From an uncultured delta proteobacterium (GTDB lineage: Bacteria; Desulfobacterota; BSN033; UBA1163): DNA of 64,000 bases. Below, piece by piece: positions 1 to 9,907 of this stretch. Every line of letters begins with the position of its first letter. Position 1 is the stretch's first letter. A program made the translations under genes and the position numbers. Below the pieces are notes generated by a model. The model had not been told where the DNA came from, made no database searches, and saw only the letters and a list, made by a program, of their open reading frames with translations. The DNA is taken from assembly GCA_963708295.1 (NCBI GenBank), contig CAVPSJ010000004.1:1024001-1088000 (forward strand), read 5' to 3'.

Positions 1-595
1 AGTACTGTTTAAGATAGGTATCGAAAGAGAACCCCATGACGGAAAACCAGGGAATGCCAAAGATTCCGATGACTCCTCCGGTGAGGGAAGTGGATTCCCG
101 GACGACGACCAAAAAGATTTCCCCAAACCCCAGTGTCGCCAATGCCAAGAAATAGCCCTTCAGTTTGAGGATGGGTCTGCCGATCAAATGGGCGATCAAG
201 GCCGCCGAAAGGGCCGAAGCCCAGAAAGCCAGAAAGGTTGGAACGGCATAACGGGTGGTGAGGATGGCTGTGGTATAGGCGCCGATTCCAAAGAAAGCAG
301 CGTGCCCTAAAGAGATCTGCCCCGCGTATCCCATAAAGAGACTGAGTCCCAACGCCAGGATGGCGTAGATCCCGGCCAATACCATGAGGTGGTGAAAGTG
401 CGAATCAGACCAGATCAGGGGCGCCAGACAGATCGCCGCAAGATAAAAGATGTCCTTCTTTTTGAAATCTTTCTTATGATAGAGATAGGGATCGGGTGCG
501 ATGAGCGAGATGAACCACAGGGGCACCAGATAGAAGAGGTCCCGTTTTCTAAACTGGGTTTGTGGCGCTTTCGCTGTTTGAGAAGACACGGTCAT
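1..595 (-). CDS. livM: Branched-chain amino acid ABC transporter permease LivM (partial, runs off window start)
   Basis: Manual minus-strand translation from ATG at 595 gives LAGIYAILALGLSLFMGYAGQISLGHAAFFGIGAY, a LivM signature; lies downstream of livH. Confidence 0.88.
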   Translation of the reverse strand, partial: MTVSSQTAKAPQTQFRKRDLFYLVPLWFISLIAPDPYLYHKKDFKKKDIFYLAAICLAPLIWSDSHFHHLMVLAGIYAILALGLSLFMGYAGQISLGHAAFFGIGAYTTAILTTRYAVPTFLAFWASALSAALIAHLIGRPILKLKGYFLALATLGFGEIFLVVVRESTSLTGGVIGIFGIPWFSVMGFSFDTYLKQY

Positions 596-730
596 GTGTA
601 AAGTTCCAATTTCCAAATCCCAAATTCCAAATAATGTCCAAATCCCAATTTCAAACGACTACCCCTCATTTTTCCCCTCTGCCTCCGGAGACTGTGTTCA
701 CAATCAACGAAAAACCACATCCGGCGCAAA

Positions 731-895
731 GGCAGGGTAGGCGGCCAGGTGACGAAGCTTTAGAGCGGAAACCTTTTAAGAGTCAATTACCGGGCTGCAA
801 GCCCTGAAAAAGATTGCATTTGGAACGAGCATGATTACCCATATCTCTATAATGACCGCATTCTAAAGCTGAGGAACCTGACTGTCTACCCTGCC
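731..895. repeat. Element bounded by ~38-bp imperfect inverted repeats (MITE-like or structured RNA)
   Basis: ggcagggtaggcggccaggt...agctttaga (731-768) is the reverse complement of tctaaagct...acctgactgtctaccctgcc (856-895), with a few mismatches. Confidence 0.6.
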
Positions 896-905
896 CAAAC
901 CTTTT

Positions 906-1796
906 CTACCATCGGCGGCTGTCGATAAAAGGCGACCCCAAGATCCCTTTGGGTCGGAAATAGAGAATGAGCAATAAAATCACGAAAGCAACCCCATCCT
1001 TGTATCCCGAAGGGATAAAGGCCAGACTTAACGATTCCACAATCCCGAGGGCAAAGCCTCCAAGAATAGCGCCGCTATTCTTACCCCAGCCTCCCAGAAC
1101 GGCGGCGATAAAGCCCTTCAGCCCCAAGAGTGCCCCGGAGCTATAGCTTGTGAAGAAGACGGGGGTGATCAGGATCCCGGCAAAGGCCCCTACTCCGGCG
1201 CTCACTCCGAACGCTAAGAAGACCATGAGGTTTCTTGATATGCCCAGGAGATCGGCCCCGAGGGGGTCGGTTGAACTTGCCTCCATGGCCTTTCCCAATA
1301 AGGTTCGATGCGAGAGGAGATAGAGAAAGATCAGCATTATAAAAGTGGACAACAAGACCCAGAGACTCTGCGGGGAAACAGAGATTTTCGCGATCTGAAG
1401 AGGTCCTTCACTGGAAAAAGGAGGAAGGGTTTTAGGCAGCGTTCCAAAGATAAGTCCACTCGTGCTGCTGAGGAAAATCGAAGCCCCGAGCGTAGCCATG
1501 ATCAGGATGAGAACGGAAGCCTTCCGCAAGGGATAGAGGATTGAAAGATGCATCGCAAAGCCGATCAACACAACCATCAGGATGGCGATCAGAGCGGCTA
1601 AAGGGTAGGGGAGCCTTAAACCATTCAGGAGGAAAAAGGTAAGGACTCCTCCCAACATCACAAACTCCCCCTGGGCGAAATTGATGATTTGGGAAGCCCT
1701 GGAGATGGTCACGAATCCTAAGGCCACCAGGGCATAGATGGCCCCAATCGTGATACCGGAGAAAAGGAGTTGAGGAATGTAGGTCCAAAAGTCCAT
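906..1796 (-). CDS. livH: Branched-chain amino acid ABC transporter permease LivH
   Basis: GITIGAIYALVALGF...INFAQGEFVMLG and LKGFIAAVLGG motifs; hydrophobic throughout. Confidence 0.92.
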   Translation of the reverse strand: MDFWTYIPQLLFSGITIGAIYALVALGFVTISRASQIINFAQGEFVMLGGVLTFFLLNGLRLPYPLAALIAILMVVLIGFAMHLSILYPLRKASVLILIMATLGASIFLSSTSGLIFGTLPKTLPPFSSEGPLQIAKISVSPQSLWVLLSTFIMLIFLYLLSHRTLLGKAMEASSTDPLGADLLGISRNLMVFLAFGVSAGVGAFAGILITPVFFTSYSSGALLGLKGFIAAVLGGWGKNSGAILGGFALGIVESLSLAFIPSGYKDGVAFVILLLILYFRPKGILGSPFIDSRRW

Positions 1797-1812
1797 GAAG
1801 TCGACGGGCCAC

Positions 1813-1850
1813 AAAAAAGGGTGAGACTGTTCATGACAGGCTCACCCTTG
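1813..1850 (-). terminator. Intrinsic terminator or stabilising hairpin between the binding-protein gene and livH
   Basis: Minus strand AAGGGTGAGCCTGT-catga-ACAGTCTCACCCTT followed by a T run. Confidence 0.7.
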
Positions 1851-1889
1851 TGATTTACCATATAACTTACGCTGCCTTCAACTCGAATC

Positions 1890-3077
1890 TCATTCGAGTC
1901 CGGGGAACTTGATGCGCTTAAACTTCCCTCCTTCGATTCGAATGAATACCATGTCCCTTTTGCTTAAACCATCATGGTCGGTGGGGCCGTAATTGTAAAT
2001 TCCATGACACGCCTTAAGGTCCTTCGTTTTTTCAAGGGCATCTCTGAATGTCTCCCGGGTCACCTTTCCCCGGCACCGCTTCAGCGCATCGTAAACGAGG
2101 GCGATCGCATCATGGCCATGGCCCGAGAACTGGTCAATTCCCATGCCGTAACGTTCCTTCATCCGCTTATCGAAATCAAGAATGACGGGCCGGATCGGAT
2201 CATTTTCATCAAGCTGATCAGGCACGACCGGCTTTCCAGCACCAAACTCCACCCCTTCCATGGCTTGTCCGCCCAAGGCAAGAATGAAGCCGAATCCGAA
2301 GCCATGGGTTCCGAGAATGGGAGTCTTGACCCCCAGGGTTCTCAAGTTCTTGCAGACGATCGGGCCGGGTGGACCGGCGGTACAGGCATAGAAGGCGTCC
2401 ACTTCTTCTTTCTCAAGGATCGGTTTGAGTTTGATGAGCTGGGGGGTCATATCGATATCCGTCGGCTGATGGGTTTCCTTGGAGATAATGACTTTCATCC
2501 CCTTTTCCTCACCGAAACGTTTATAAAGCTCAGCCAGGCTTTGGGCCAGCGGCCAGGCACCGTGGAAAACGAGCACCTTTTTGTATTTCCTGGCCAGAGA
2601 AAGGTCGACCAACTTCTGGGAGACGATCGTATCGCTCTGGGCGATATTGAAGGCCCATTTCTGTTTCAGCTTCCGCATCATCGGATTCGATGGGCAGATG
2701 ATGAGGTTGGTGATCTTTTCTCTTTCGGCGATGGCTCTGCTTGCTCCCTGTAAGTTGTCTTCAAACGGACCGATGACGGCCAGGATCTCCTTGTCCCGGG
2801 TAAATTTGGTGATATTCGAAGCCACCCTTCCGACATCGAAACCATTGTCCTCGAAAATCAGCTCGAGAGGATGTCCATCGACGCCGCCTTCCTTGTTGAT
2901 CTTCTCTACCTCGAGCGTCATGGCACCCTTCAGGAGTTTGGTCACCTCGGCCCACGGTCCGCTGAATTCAAGGTTGACTCCGATCTTATAGGGGGATTTC
3001 TCGGCGACGTAAGCCGGAGAAACCCAGACCATGAGAATCGAGGTTAGAATTGATACGAGAAAAACCATCTTTTTCAT
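1890..3077 (-). CDS. ABC transporter substrate-binding protein (LivK/LivJ-like)
   Basis: Signal peptide; YKIG...INKEGGVDGHPLELIFEDN; YNYGPTDHDGL; adjacent to livH/livM. Confidence 0.9.
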   Translation of the reverse strand: MKKMVFLVSILTSILMVWVSPAYVAEKSPYKIGVNLEFSGPWAEVTKLLKGAMTLEVEKINKEGGVDGHPLELIFEDNGFDVGRVASNITKFTRDKEILAVIGPFEDNLQGASRAIAEREKITNLIICPSNPMMRKLKQKWAFNIAQSDTIVSQKLVDLSLARKYKKVLVFHGAWPLAQSLAELYKRFGEEKGMKVIISKETHQPTDIDMTPQLIKLKPILEKEEVDAFYACTAGPPGPIVCKNLRTLGVKTPILGTHGFGFGFILALGGQAMEGVEFGAGKPVVPDQLDENDPIRPVILDFDKRMKERYGMGIDQFSGHGHDAIALVYDALKRCRGKVTRETFRDALEKTKDLKACHGIYNYGPTDHDGLSKRDMVFIRIEGGKFKRIKFPGLE

Positions 3078-3102
3078 CGAATAACCTCCTTAAATTTAAG
3101 AG

Positions 3103-4125
3103 CTACAGATATTTCTGGATCAGGATCTCAGCGATCTGGACGGCGTTCAGTGCCGCACCCTTCCGGATATTGTCCGCAACGATCCACATGTTGATGCCGT
3201 TGGGGATCGATTCATCCTCGCGAATCCTTCCGACAAAGGTTTCATCCTTGCCTGCCGCATGGATGGCCAAAGGATATTCGAACTTCTTGGGATCGTCCAC
3301 GACCACGACTCCCGGAGCCTTTGAGAGAATCTTCCTTACCTCGTCCGCTTTCAACTTCTTTTCGGTCTCAATATTGACCGATTCCGAATGGCCGTAAAAG
3401 ACGGGGACCCGGACGGTCGTTGCGGTCACGCGGATCGAATCATCCTCCATGATCTTCTTCGTCTCATTGACCATCTTCATCTCTTCTTTGGTGTAGCCGT
3501 TGTCGAGGAAGACGTCGATGTGGGGAAGACAATTAAAGGCGATTTGATGCGGATAGACCTCTTTCTTGACCTCCTGCTGGTTATAAATCGCAAGGACCTG
3601 GGTTTCCAATTCTTTGATCGCTCGCTTTCCCGTTCCTGAAACCGCCTGGTAGGTGGAGACCACCACTCTCTTGATCCGGGCGGCATCATGAAGAGGCTTC
3701 AGCGCAACCACCATCTGGATGGTTGAGCAGTTGGGGTTGGCGATGATATTCTTTTTCGGGTACTGGGCGATGGCATGGGCGTTGACTTCCGGGACCACCA
3801 GAGGAACTTCAGGGTCCATGCGAAAGGCGCTCGTATTGTCGATCACCACACAGCCTGCCTGTCCGGCAATGGGAGCAAACTTTTCACTGACCGAACCCCC
3901 TGCCGAGAAGAGACCGATATCGACGCCCGCGAAGGAGTTTTCGTCCAACATTTCCGCCGTATAAGACTTCCCTTTAAACTCCAACTTTGTTCCCGCGCCC
4001 CGTGTTGAGGAAAGAAGCTTCAGCTTATCTACTGGAAAGTTTCTCTGCTCCAGAGTGGCAATCATTTCGTTTCCCACCGCACCGGTGGCCCCTACGACAG
4101 CAACGTTATACTTCTGTTTCTTCAT
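3103..4125 (-). CDS. asd: Aspartate-semialdehyde dehydrogenase
   Basis: VAVVGATGAVG, IANPNCSTIQ, VRVPVFYGHSE, DNIRKGAALNAVQIAE; GGAGG RBS before ATG 4125. Confidence 0.97.
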   Translation of the reverse strand: MKKQKYNVAVVGATGAVGNEMIATLEQRNFPVDKLKLLSSTRGAGTKLEFKGKSYTAEMLDENSFAGVDIGLFSAGGSVSEKFAPIAGQAGCVVIDNTSAFRMDPEVPLVVPEVNAHAIAQYPKKNIIANPNCSTIQMVVALKPLHDAARIKRVVVSTYQAVSGTGKRAIKELETQVLAIYNQQEVKKEVYPHQIAFNCLPHIDVFLDNGYTKEEMKMVNETKKIMEDDSIRVTATTVRVPVFYGHSESVNIETEKKLKADEVRKILSKAPGVVVVDDPKKFEYPLAIHAAGKDETFVGRIREDESIPNGINMWIVADNIRKGAALNAVQIAEILIQKYL

Positions 4126-4331
4126 ACGATCCTCCAACTTTAAACGAACAGGGATGCTCCTTTCGAACACCCCTGTTCTCTAGATACCGCCTCGTATCTA
4201 CAATTATAAATAGGAGAAAAAAGGGGATGTTGTCAAGAGGGAGATTGATTTCCGGACAACTTTTTTTGGTTCAAGGAATCAAGTCCTTACCTCTTCCGCA
4301 GCGCTCCAGGGAAAAGAATTTTTGGGCAAAA

Positions 4332-4823
4332 CTAGTCCAGATCCAGGTTCACTTTACACTGATTACATTTTACAGCGCCCCGGAAGACTTTATTGCCGCA
4401 TTCAGGACAAATATAGCGGGCTTCTTCATCTTGAATCCATTTTTCAGTACCCACCTCTCGCCAATACGGAATAGCCCGCAAAATAACCTTTTTGCCAACA
4501 GCCATGGGAAAATGTTCAATGTGCTGACAAGGAAATTGATCGCACTGATGGCATCCGGTGTAACCTTTCTCTCGTGTGCAGGCCCTGATCTCACACTGTC
4601 GGCAATGCATAAACTGCTCATCGGATAAGCAGCCGCGGCACTTGATATCTTCTATCGAGAGGTTTTCACTATTGGGAAGAATCCCTTTGCCGGGAACTTT
4701 TCCCCTGTAAAGATTGACTAAAGCCTCCTTGAATTTCTGATTATGATCGCGGTGTGCGATATAGATGGCACAGACTCCGCAATAAAGACCACAAGGAGCA
4801 ATCAAATCCGGATTGATCTTCAT
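4332..4823 (-). CDS. DUF3795-like Cys-rich protein (probable second cassette)
   Basis: IAPCGLYCGVC, KCRGC, CRQCEIRAC, GCHQCDQFPC and a C-terminal CPECG...CNQC; begins just after attC GTTAGTA; stop is followed by degenerate GCCCAAA. Confidence 0.8.
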   Translation of the reverse strand: MKINPDLIAPCGLYCGVCAIYIAHRDHNQKFKEALVNLYRGKVPGKGILPNSENLSIEDIKCRGCLSDEQFMHCRQCEIRACTREKGYTGCHQCDQFPCQHIEHFPMAVGKKVILRAIPYWREVGTEKWIQDEEARYICPECGNKVFRGAVKCNQCKVNLDLD

Positions 4824-4855
4824 AGCGCTAATTCCTCCTGATTTACCATCTTCTC

Positions 4856-4943
4856 ATACTAACGCTATAGAGCCAAGCCGACCGGCCACAGATGCTGACG
4901 AAAAGCACAGAGCTATCGTGGGTCGGCTTCAGTGACTTATAGG
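4856..4943 (-). other. attC-like integron recombination site
   Basis: Minus strand CCTATAAG-TCACTGAAGCCGAC...GTCGGCTTGGCTCTATAGC-GTTAGTA, directly after the stop of 4947..5222; imperfect palindrome. Confidence 0.75.
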
Positions 4944-4946
4944 GTC

Positions 4947-5222
4947 TCAGTTTTCCTCTCCATATATTTCCAGGTCATCAAATCTTGTTGGAAACTTCCC
5001 CCATTTCCTAAAATCAGATTCCGTGAGATTTTTGTACTTTTCTGTTTCGGTATGTCTCACATTCCAAGCGGTGTTTAGGTGATGATATGCATGTCTGAGG
5101 GAAAGCTCCAGCTCCACCTCGGCTGGTTTTTTAGTCGAGGCTATCTGCAATTCCAATTCTTCTAGCTCTTCTCGGGCCTCCTTGATGTTCGACAATATTA
5201 TTTTCCAATTTAGTTTCTTCAT
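4947..5222 (-). CDS. Hypothetical protein (gene cassette)
   Basis: 91-aa AT-rich ORF; 5' boundary TTATAGG is complementary to CCTATAA in the downstream attC. Confidence 0.75.
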   Translation of the reverse strand: MKKLNWKIILSNIKEAREELEELELQIASTKKPAEVELELSLRHAYHHLNTAWNVRHTETEKYKNLTESDFRKWGKFPTRFDDLEIYGEEN

Positions 5223-5268
5223 GGTTTACCTATAATAATAATTAGATTGCAGGTTGTAATTTCCTAAA

Positions 5269-5297
5269 ATCCTATACATACTGGTTGGTTTTGTCAA
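5269..5297 (-). promoter_or_regulatory. Sigma-70-type promoter facing the cassettes
   Basis: TTGACA-N17-TAGGAT on the minus strand. Confidence 0.6.
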
Positions 5298-5331
5298 ACA
5301 AATTTCTCCAGAATTTACAATGATTCAACTG

Positions 5332-5516
5332 GCCACTCAATTATTAGTCAATCCATATTCATGTAGACACTGAAGACCAAATCCCTCCTTCCCTCCCTTT
5401 GCGAAAGGGAGGAATTACCCCTCTTTGGCAAAGAGGGGCAAGGGGAGATTTTCTGAAGCGTATGTCTTCCTTATTATGGACTCCTTAGTAAGTGGCTCAG
5501 AGATTTGGAGGCGTTC
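5332..5516. repeat. REP/MITE-like palindromic element
   Basis: Nested hairpins ctccctttgcgaaagggag and cccctctttggcaaagagggg inside imperfect terminal repeats (gccact...tccata / tatgga...agtggc). Confidence 0.6.
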
Positions 5517-5562
5517 TCTTAGAGGAATAACTATGTGGACGGAACTATGGTTTATGCCCGTC

Positions 5563-5982
5563 TTAAGGGTACTGTAAATCGAAGGCATTCCGAATTAGTT
5601 CAATTTCTTCCCTCGCAGGGGGAAGGAGGATGGCCACGACATCAAACCTTGCTTTTATATCTTCAAGTTTCTTCTCTTTGAGGAAATAGAGTGCCACTTT
5701 GGACAGTTGCCTCTGTTTAAATGGAGTGACCGCCAGTTGGGGAGGACCGAAGGCCATCGATGTCCTGGTTTTCACCTCGACGAAGACCAGGGTATCCTTC
5801 TCTTTGGCAATGATGTCCATCTCGCCCATCTTGCAGACATAATTCTGTTCAAGAATGCGATAGCCCTTCTTCTTCAAGAATCGAAGGGCCTTCTCCTCGC
5901 CCGTTTTGCCAAGTTCCTTCTTTTCTCTCCGTGGCTCGTGCCCGTGATCCGTGTCCGTAGCTAATCCTTTCTTATCTTTCAA
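5563..5982 (-). CDS. yraN: YraN family (UPF0102) putative endonuclease
   Basis: LGKTGEEKALRFL, GEMDIIA, LVFVEVKTR, ARFDVVAI; downstream of rnhB. Confidence 0.93.
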   Translation of the reverse strand: MKDKKGLATDTDHGHEPRREKKELGKTGEEKALRFLKKKGYRILEQNYVCKMGEMDIIAKEKDTLVFVEVKTRTSMAFGPPQLAVTPFKQRQLSKVALYFLKEKKLEDIKARFDVVAILLPPAREEIELIRNAFDLQYP

Positions 5983-6018
5983 CTGCCCACTGCTTACTGC
6001 CTACTGGTAGCTGATTGA

Positions 6019-6648
6019 TTATAAGTACTCCTTCACTCCTCGAAAGGTCTTGCGGTGGAGCTCGCAGACGCCGAATCTTTCAATCGCCCGTTGATGTTCC
6101 CTGGTGCCGTAACCCTTGTGCCTGGCAAAATTATACTGAGGGTACTTCAGATGACATTCCGACATCATTTGGTCCCGGGTGACTTTGGCTATGATGGAAG
6201 CGGCCGCAATGGAGTTGCAGAGCCGATCGCCTTTTCGGATGGGTTTCTGAGGAATGGGGAGTTCAAGACCACCCTGGGAGCCGTCGATCAGGATAAAATC
6301 GGGAGGGGAGGGGAGGTTTTCGATGGCCAGGGCCATGGCTTTTAACGTGGCCTGGAGAATATTGATGCGATCGATCTCCTCCTGGCCGATCACGCCGATG
6401 CCTACTCCTTCGGCCTCTTCAAAGATCGTTTTGTAAAGCTGCTCCCGTTTTTTTGATGGAATTTGTTTTGAGTCAAAAAGCTTCTCTGTGATGCCTTCCT
6501 GAGGCAGGATCACTGCTGCAGCGACAACCGGTCCGGCGAGGGGCCCCCTCCCAACCTCGTCCACACCGGCGATCCGATGATAACCCCGACGAGAATACAT
6601 CTTCTCGAAATAGTCCATGGGCTGGGGTGGTAGATCTGGGAAGAGCAT
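6019..6648 (-). CDS. rnhB: Ribonuclease HII
   Basis: IAGVDEVGRGPLAGPVVAAA, DSK, IAAASIIAKVTRD, HKGYGT. Confidence 0.97.
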   Translation of the reverse strand: MLFPDLPPQPMDYFEKMYSRRGYHRIAGVDEVGRGPLAGPVVAAAVILPQEGITEKLFDSKQIPSKKREQLYKTIFEEAEGVGIGVIGQEEIDRINILQATLKAMALAIENLPSPPDFILIDGSQGGLELPIPQKPIRKGDRLCNSIAAASIIAKVTRDQMMSECHLKYPQYNFARHKGYGTREHQRAIERFGVCELHRKTFRGVKEYL

Positions 6649-6741
6649 AACAAACAAAGTAGGCAGTGAGCAGTAAGCAGAACAAAATTACGGATTGGAT
6701 CTCCTGCTGCCTACTACATTCTGCCTTCCGCATTCTGATTG

Positions 6742-7095
6742 TTAAGCGACTTTTTTCTTTTCTCCTCGAATACGAGCTGCTTTTCCCTTCAGGCCCCGAA
6801 GGTAGAAAAGCTTAGCCCTTCTTACCTTGCCCCGGTTGATCACGTCGATACGATCGACCCGGGGGGAGTGGGCGGGGAAAATCCTCTCAACGCCGACCCC
6901 GTAAGAGATTTTCCTCACGGTGAACGAAGATCGAATGCCTCCCTTCTTCTTGCGAATGACCACTCCTTCGAAGGGCTGTATTCTTTCCTTCTCTCCCTCA
7001 ACGATCTTTACATGGACCCTTATGGTATCACCCACCCTGAAGTCCGGGAGATCTGTCCTTAACTGTTCTCTTTCAACTGCTTCCATCAGGTTCAT
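6742..7095 (-). CDS. rplS: 50S ribosomal protein L19
   Basis: [38 protein letters not shown]. Confidence 0.98.
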   Translation of the reverse strand: MNLMEAVEREQLRTDLPDFRVGDTIRVHVKIVEGEKERIQPFEGVVIRKKKGGIRSSFTVRKISYGVGVERIFPAHSPRVDRIDVINRGKVRRAKLFYLRGLKGKAARIRGEKKKVA

Positions 7096-7206
7096 CTTCT
7101 TCTCCTCCTACGCTTGATCAAACCCGCAGAGAGCAAAGCGCATAGCGCAAAGCGAAAAAAATAAGAAATTGAAACTCTATGCTCTATGTCCCATGGGCCG
7201 TACTTT

Positions 7207-7773
7207 TTAGATTGTTCTGTCCCCTAACAACCGGTCCAAAATGATGGCCACTGCCGAGCGCACTGAAAGGTGATTATACCCTTTTCCTTCTATCGGCGCC
7301 AGAACATAATCGGAATCGTCCCTGACCTGCTGCGTTAAACCCCATCCTGTCCCAAACAGAATGAAATAGGGCGTGGTTTCATCTTTCAATAACTTTCTGA
7401 AAAAATCGAAATCAATGCCTTTGGGATGAGGCGAGGCCCCTGTGGCCACTCTTTTCACTCTTTTCTGCCAGAGATCGGAGATCGTTCGATCGGCTTCGTC
7501 AATGGTCCGTGAGACGTGGACGAGAGACAGAGACTCCTTTCGGGTCGGATTGTAAACCGACCCAAAGCCTTCTACCCAGTGTCGAATGATCCTTTCCGCT
7601 AACTGAACCTGGCTTTCTAGAGGGGTGATGATGAAAAACCCTCCTATTCCGAACGTCTTGGCACAACGGGCAATATCATGAATATCAAAGTTGGTGACGG
7701 CGGTGGCTACGATTTCCTTTCTTTTGTCATAAACCGGATGGTGGACCAGTCCGATATAAAGATTAGAACTCAT
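7207..7773 (-). CDS. SPOUT-class RNA methyltransferase (family found after trmD)
   Basis: LVHHPV, TAVTNFDIHDIAR, FGTGWGL, YNHLSVRSAVAIILDRL. Confidence 0.88.
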   Translation of the reverse strand: MSSNLYIGLVHHPVYDKRKEIVATAVTNFDIHDIARCAKTFGIGGFFIITPLESQVQLAERIIRHWVEGFGSVYNPTRKESLSLVHVSRTIDEADRTISDLWQKRVKRVATGASPHPKGIDFDFFRKLLKDETTPYFILFGTGWGLTQQVRDDSDYVLAPIEGKGYNHLSVRSAVAIILDRLLGDRTI

Positions 7774-8557
7774 TCTTATCCTTCATCCGCATCGCGCAAT
7801 CCGCACTCGGCATTCCGCCATGATCTTGTGAATGAAGAGCTTCCTCCAGGAGCCCTTTCTCCTCGTCGGTGAGACTGGCCTTCGCTAAAAGATCCGGCCG
7901 TCTCGACGAGGTTCGCTTGATGGCCTCCTGTCTCCTCCAGAGAGAAATCGCTGAGTGATTTCCCGAAAGCAGCACTTCCGGAACGCGACGTCCTCTGAAA
8001 TCTACAGGGCGCGTGTACTGAGGATATTCCAGAAGGGAGTTGAAAAAGGAATCATCTTCTGCCGAGCGGTCGGACCCCAAAACTCCGGGGATAAATCTTG
8101 AGACTGCGTCGATCAGAACCATCGCTGCCAGTTCCCCTCCTGTCAGGACATAGTCCCCGATCGAGATCTCCTCGTCGATGAACTCTTTCGCCCTTTCGTC
8201 CACCCCTTCGTATCGGCCACAAAGAAGGACAAGATGGGGCCGGGTGGAAAGCCTCCTGGCCAGATCCTGATCGAGAGGTTTTCCCTGGGGAGTCAAATAA
8301 ATGGTCCAGGCGGATCGATCTTGTGACTTGACGGACTCGATAGCCCGGGCGATGGGCTCCACTTTCATCACCATGCCCTGGCCTCCTCCATAAGGGGCAT
8401 CATCTACCACCTGATGTTTATCCAGCGCGAAGTTACGGATATTAACGGTTTGAATCTGGATAAGTCCTTTTTCGACGGCCTTTCCCAGGATGCTTTCCTG
8501 AAGCGGGGAAGAAAACATGTTGGGAAAGAGGGTAAGCACGTTAAATTTCATCCTCAT
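7763..8557 (-). CDS. trmD: tRNA (guanine37-N1)-methyltransferase
   Basis: VLTLFP, DDAPYGGGQGMVMK, CGRYEGVDER, SIGDYVLTGGE, LLSGNH. Confidence 0.98.
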   Translation of the reverse strand: MRMKFNVLTLFPNMFSSPLQESILGKAVEKGLIQIQTVNIRNFALDKHQVVDDAPYGGGQGMVMKVEPIARAIESVKSQDRSAWTIYLTPQGKPLDQDLARRLSTRPHLVLLCGRYEGVDERAKEFIDEEISIGDYVLTGGELAAMVLIDAVSRFIPGVLGSDRSAEDDSFFNSLLEYPQYTRPVDFRGRRVPEVLLSGNHSAISLWRRQEAIKRTSSRRPDLLAKASLTDEEKGLLEEALHSQDHGGMPSADCAMRMKDKNEF

Positions 8558-9068
8558 TCTCCCACAGGCCCTCCATTCGGACGACCTTCATCACCCTTTC
8601 CTTGAGATTAATGCTCTGGATGACCCCTTCTATCGCCGGGAGAAAGATTTCTCCCCTTTTCCCTTCGACCACATAGACGTCATTGGCTCCCGTAGGAATG
8701 ATTTCCTTCACCTTTCCGATCCTTTTACCTTCCTGCGTCTCAACCTCCATTCCCAGGAGGTCGGCCCAATAATACTCTCCTTCTTCTAATTCAGGGAGGG
8801 CTTCCTTCTTGACGAAAATCTCTTTTCCGATGAGGGGCTCTGTCTCTTCAATCTTCTCGATGCCCCTCAATCGAAGGATGAGGCGACGTGGCTGGGTAAC
8901 GACTTCTAAAATTTCATAGGGTTCCAGCCCCCTCGTTTCGTTCTGGATAAAGATCTCCCGATAAGAAAAAAAACGGCGGAGGTCGTCTCCAAAGTACTCC
9001 ACCTTCATCTTCCCCTTGACCCCGTGGGGTTTGACTACCCTGCCAATGGGGAAAAGATTTTTCTCCAT
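8541..9068 (-). CDS. rimM: 16S rRNA processing protein RimM
   Basis: IGRVVKPHGVKG, EGEYYWADLLG, TGANDVYVV; operon position. Confidence 0.96.
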   Translation of the reverse strand: MEKNLFPIGRVVKPHGVKGKMKVEYFGDDLRRFFSYREIFIQNETRGLEPYEILEVVTQPRRLILRLRGIEKIEETEPLIGKEIFVKKEALPELEEGEYYWADLLGMEVETQEGKRIGKVKEIIPTGANDVYVVEGKRGEIFLPAIEGVIQSINLKERVMKVVRMEGLWENEDEI

Positions 9069-9194
9069 AGACCTTTATTGAGATTTCCGAAAAAGTCCGG
9101 AAATCTCTGATCCCATTGAGTAGAAACCGATGACACGGGGATGAAATTTATTGAGACTTCGGGAAAATCCGTGTCATCCGGAGGGCAGGCCTTC

Positions 9195-9431
9195 TTATTC
9201 GATGATCTCTAAAACGGAACGTTTCCCCACATTCGCTGAGACAGCGCCCAGGATGACCCGGATGGCCCGGGCCGTCCGGCCCTGTCTTCCGATCACCTTC
9301 CCCAAATCTTCCTTGGCCACCGAAAGTTCAATCACAGAAGTCTTTTCACCTTCAATCTCAGACACCTTGACTTGATCCGGATGATCGACCAATGCCTTGG
9401 CAATATACTCCACCAGCTCCTTTGCGCTCAT
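9195..9431 (-). CDS. khpA: KH-domain RNA-binding protein KhpA
   Basis: [28 protein letters not shown]; between rpsP and rimM. Confidence 0.93.
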   Translation of the reverse strand: MSAKELVEYIAKALVDHPDQVKVSEIEGEKTSVIELSVAKEDLGKVIGRQGRTARAIRVILGAVSANVGKRSVLEIIE

Positions 9432-9501
9432 GACCCCACCTCCACTTTTCGCATCAGTCCCGAAGAGATTCATGGTCAGCAAGGATTTTGGAAAAGGCGG
9501 C

Positions 9502-9771
9502 TTATTCGGTCTTCCCTTCAGCCGGCTTCTTTGAAATTCCAGATCGAATCAAAAGTTGACGAACGGTCGGGGTGGGCTGAGCTCCCTTTCTCAGCCACTC
9601 CCTCGCCTTTTCTTCCTTAAACCGAACCTCCACCGGATCCTTCTTGGGATCGTATGTTCCCACCTGCTCAATAAATTTACCACTCCTGGCAGCCCGGCGA
9701 TCCGAAACCACAATTCGGTAATAGGGGGTTTTCTTCCCTCCAAATCTCATCAATCTCATGGATGCAGCCAT
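9502..9771 (-). CDS. rpsP: 30S ribosomal protein S16
   Basis: [30 protein letters not shown]. Confidence 0.97.
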   Translation of the reverse strand: MAASMRLMRFGGKKTPYYRIVVSDRRAARSGKFIEQVGTYDPKKDPVEVRFKEEKAREWLRKGAQPTPTVRQLLIRSGISKKPAEGKTE

Positions 9772-9907
9772 ATCGTTTCTTACCACCTCCTTTGGTTGAA
9801 ATTGGAATATTGGAATGATGGATTAGAAATCATCTGCCAGTGACAGATCTTGAATGGACCCATTATTCCATTGTTCCATTATTCCACCGTTCCAGTAAAT
9901 GTGACGA

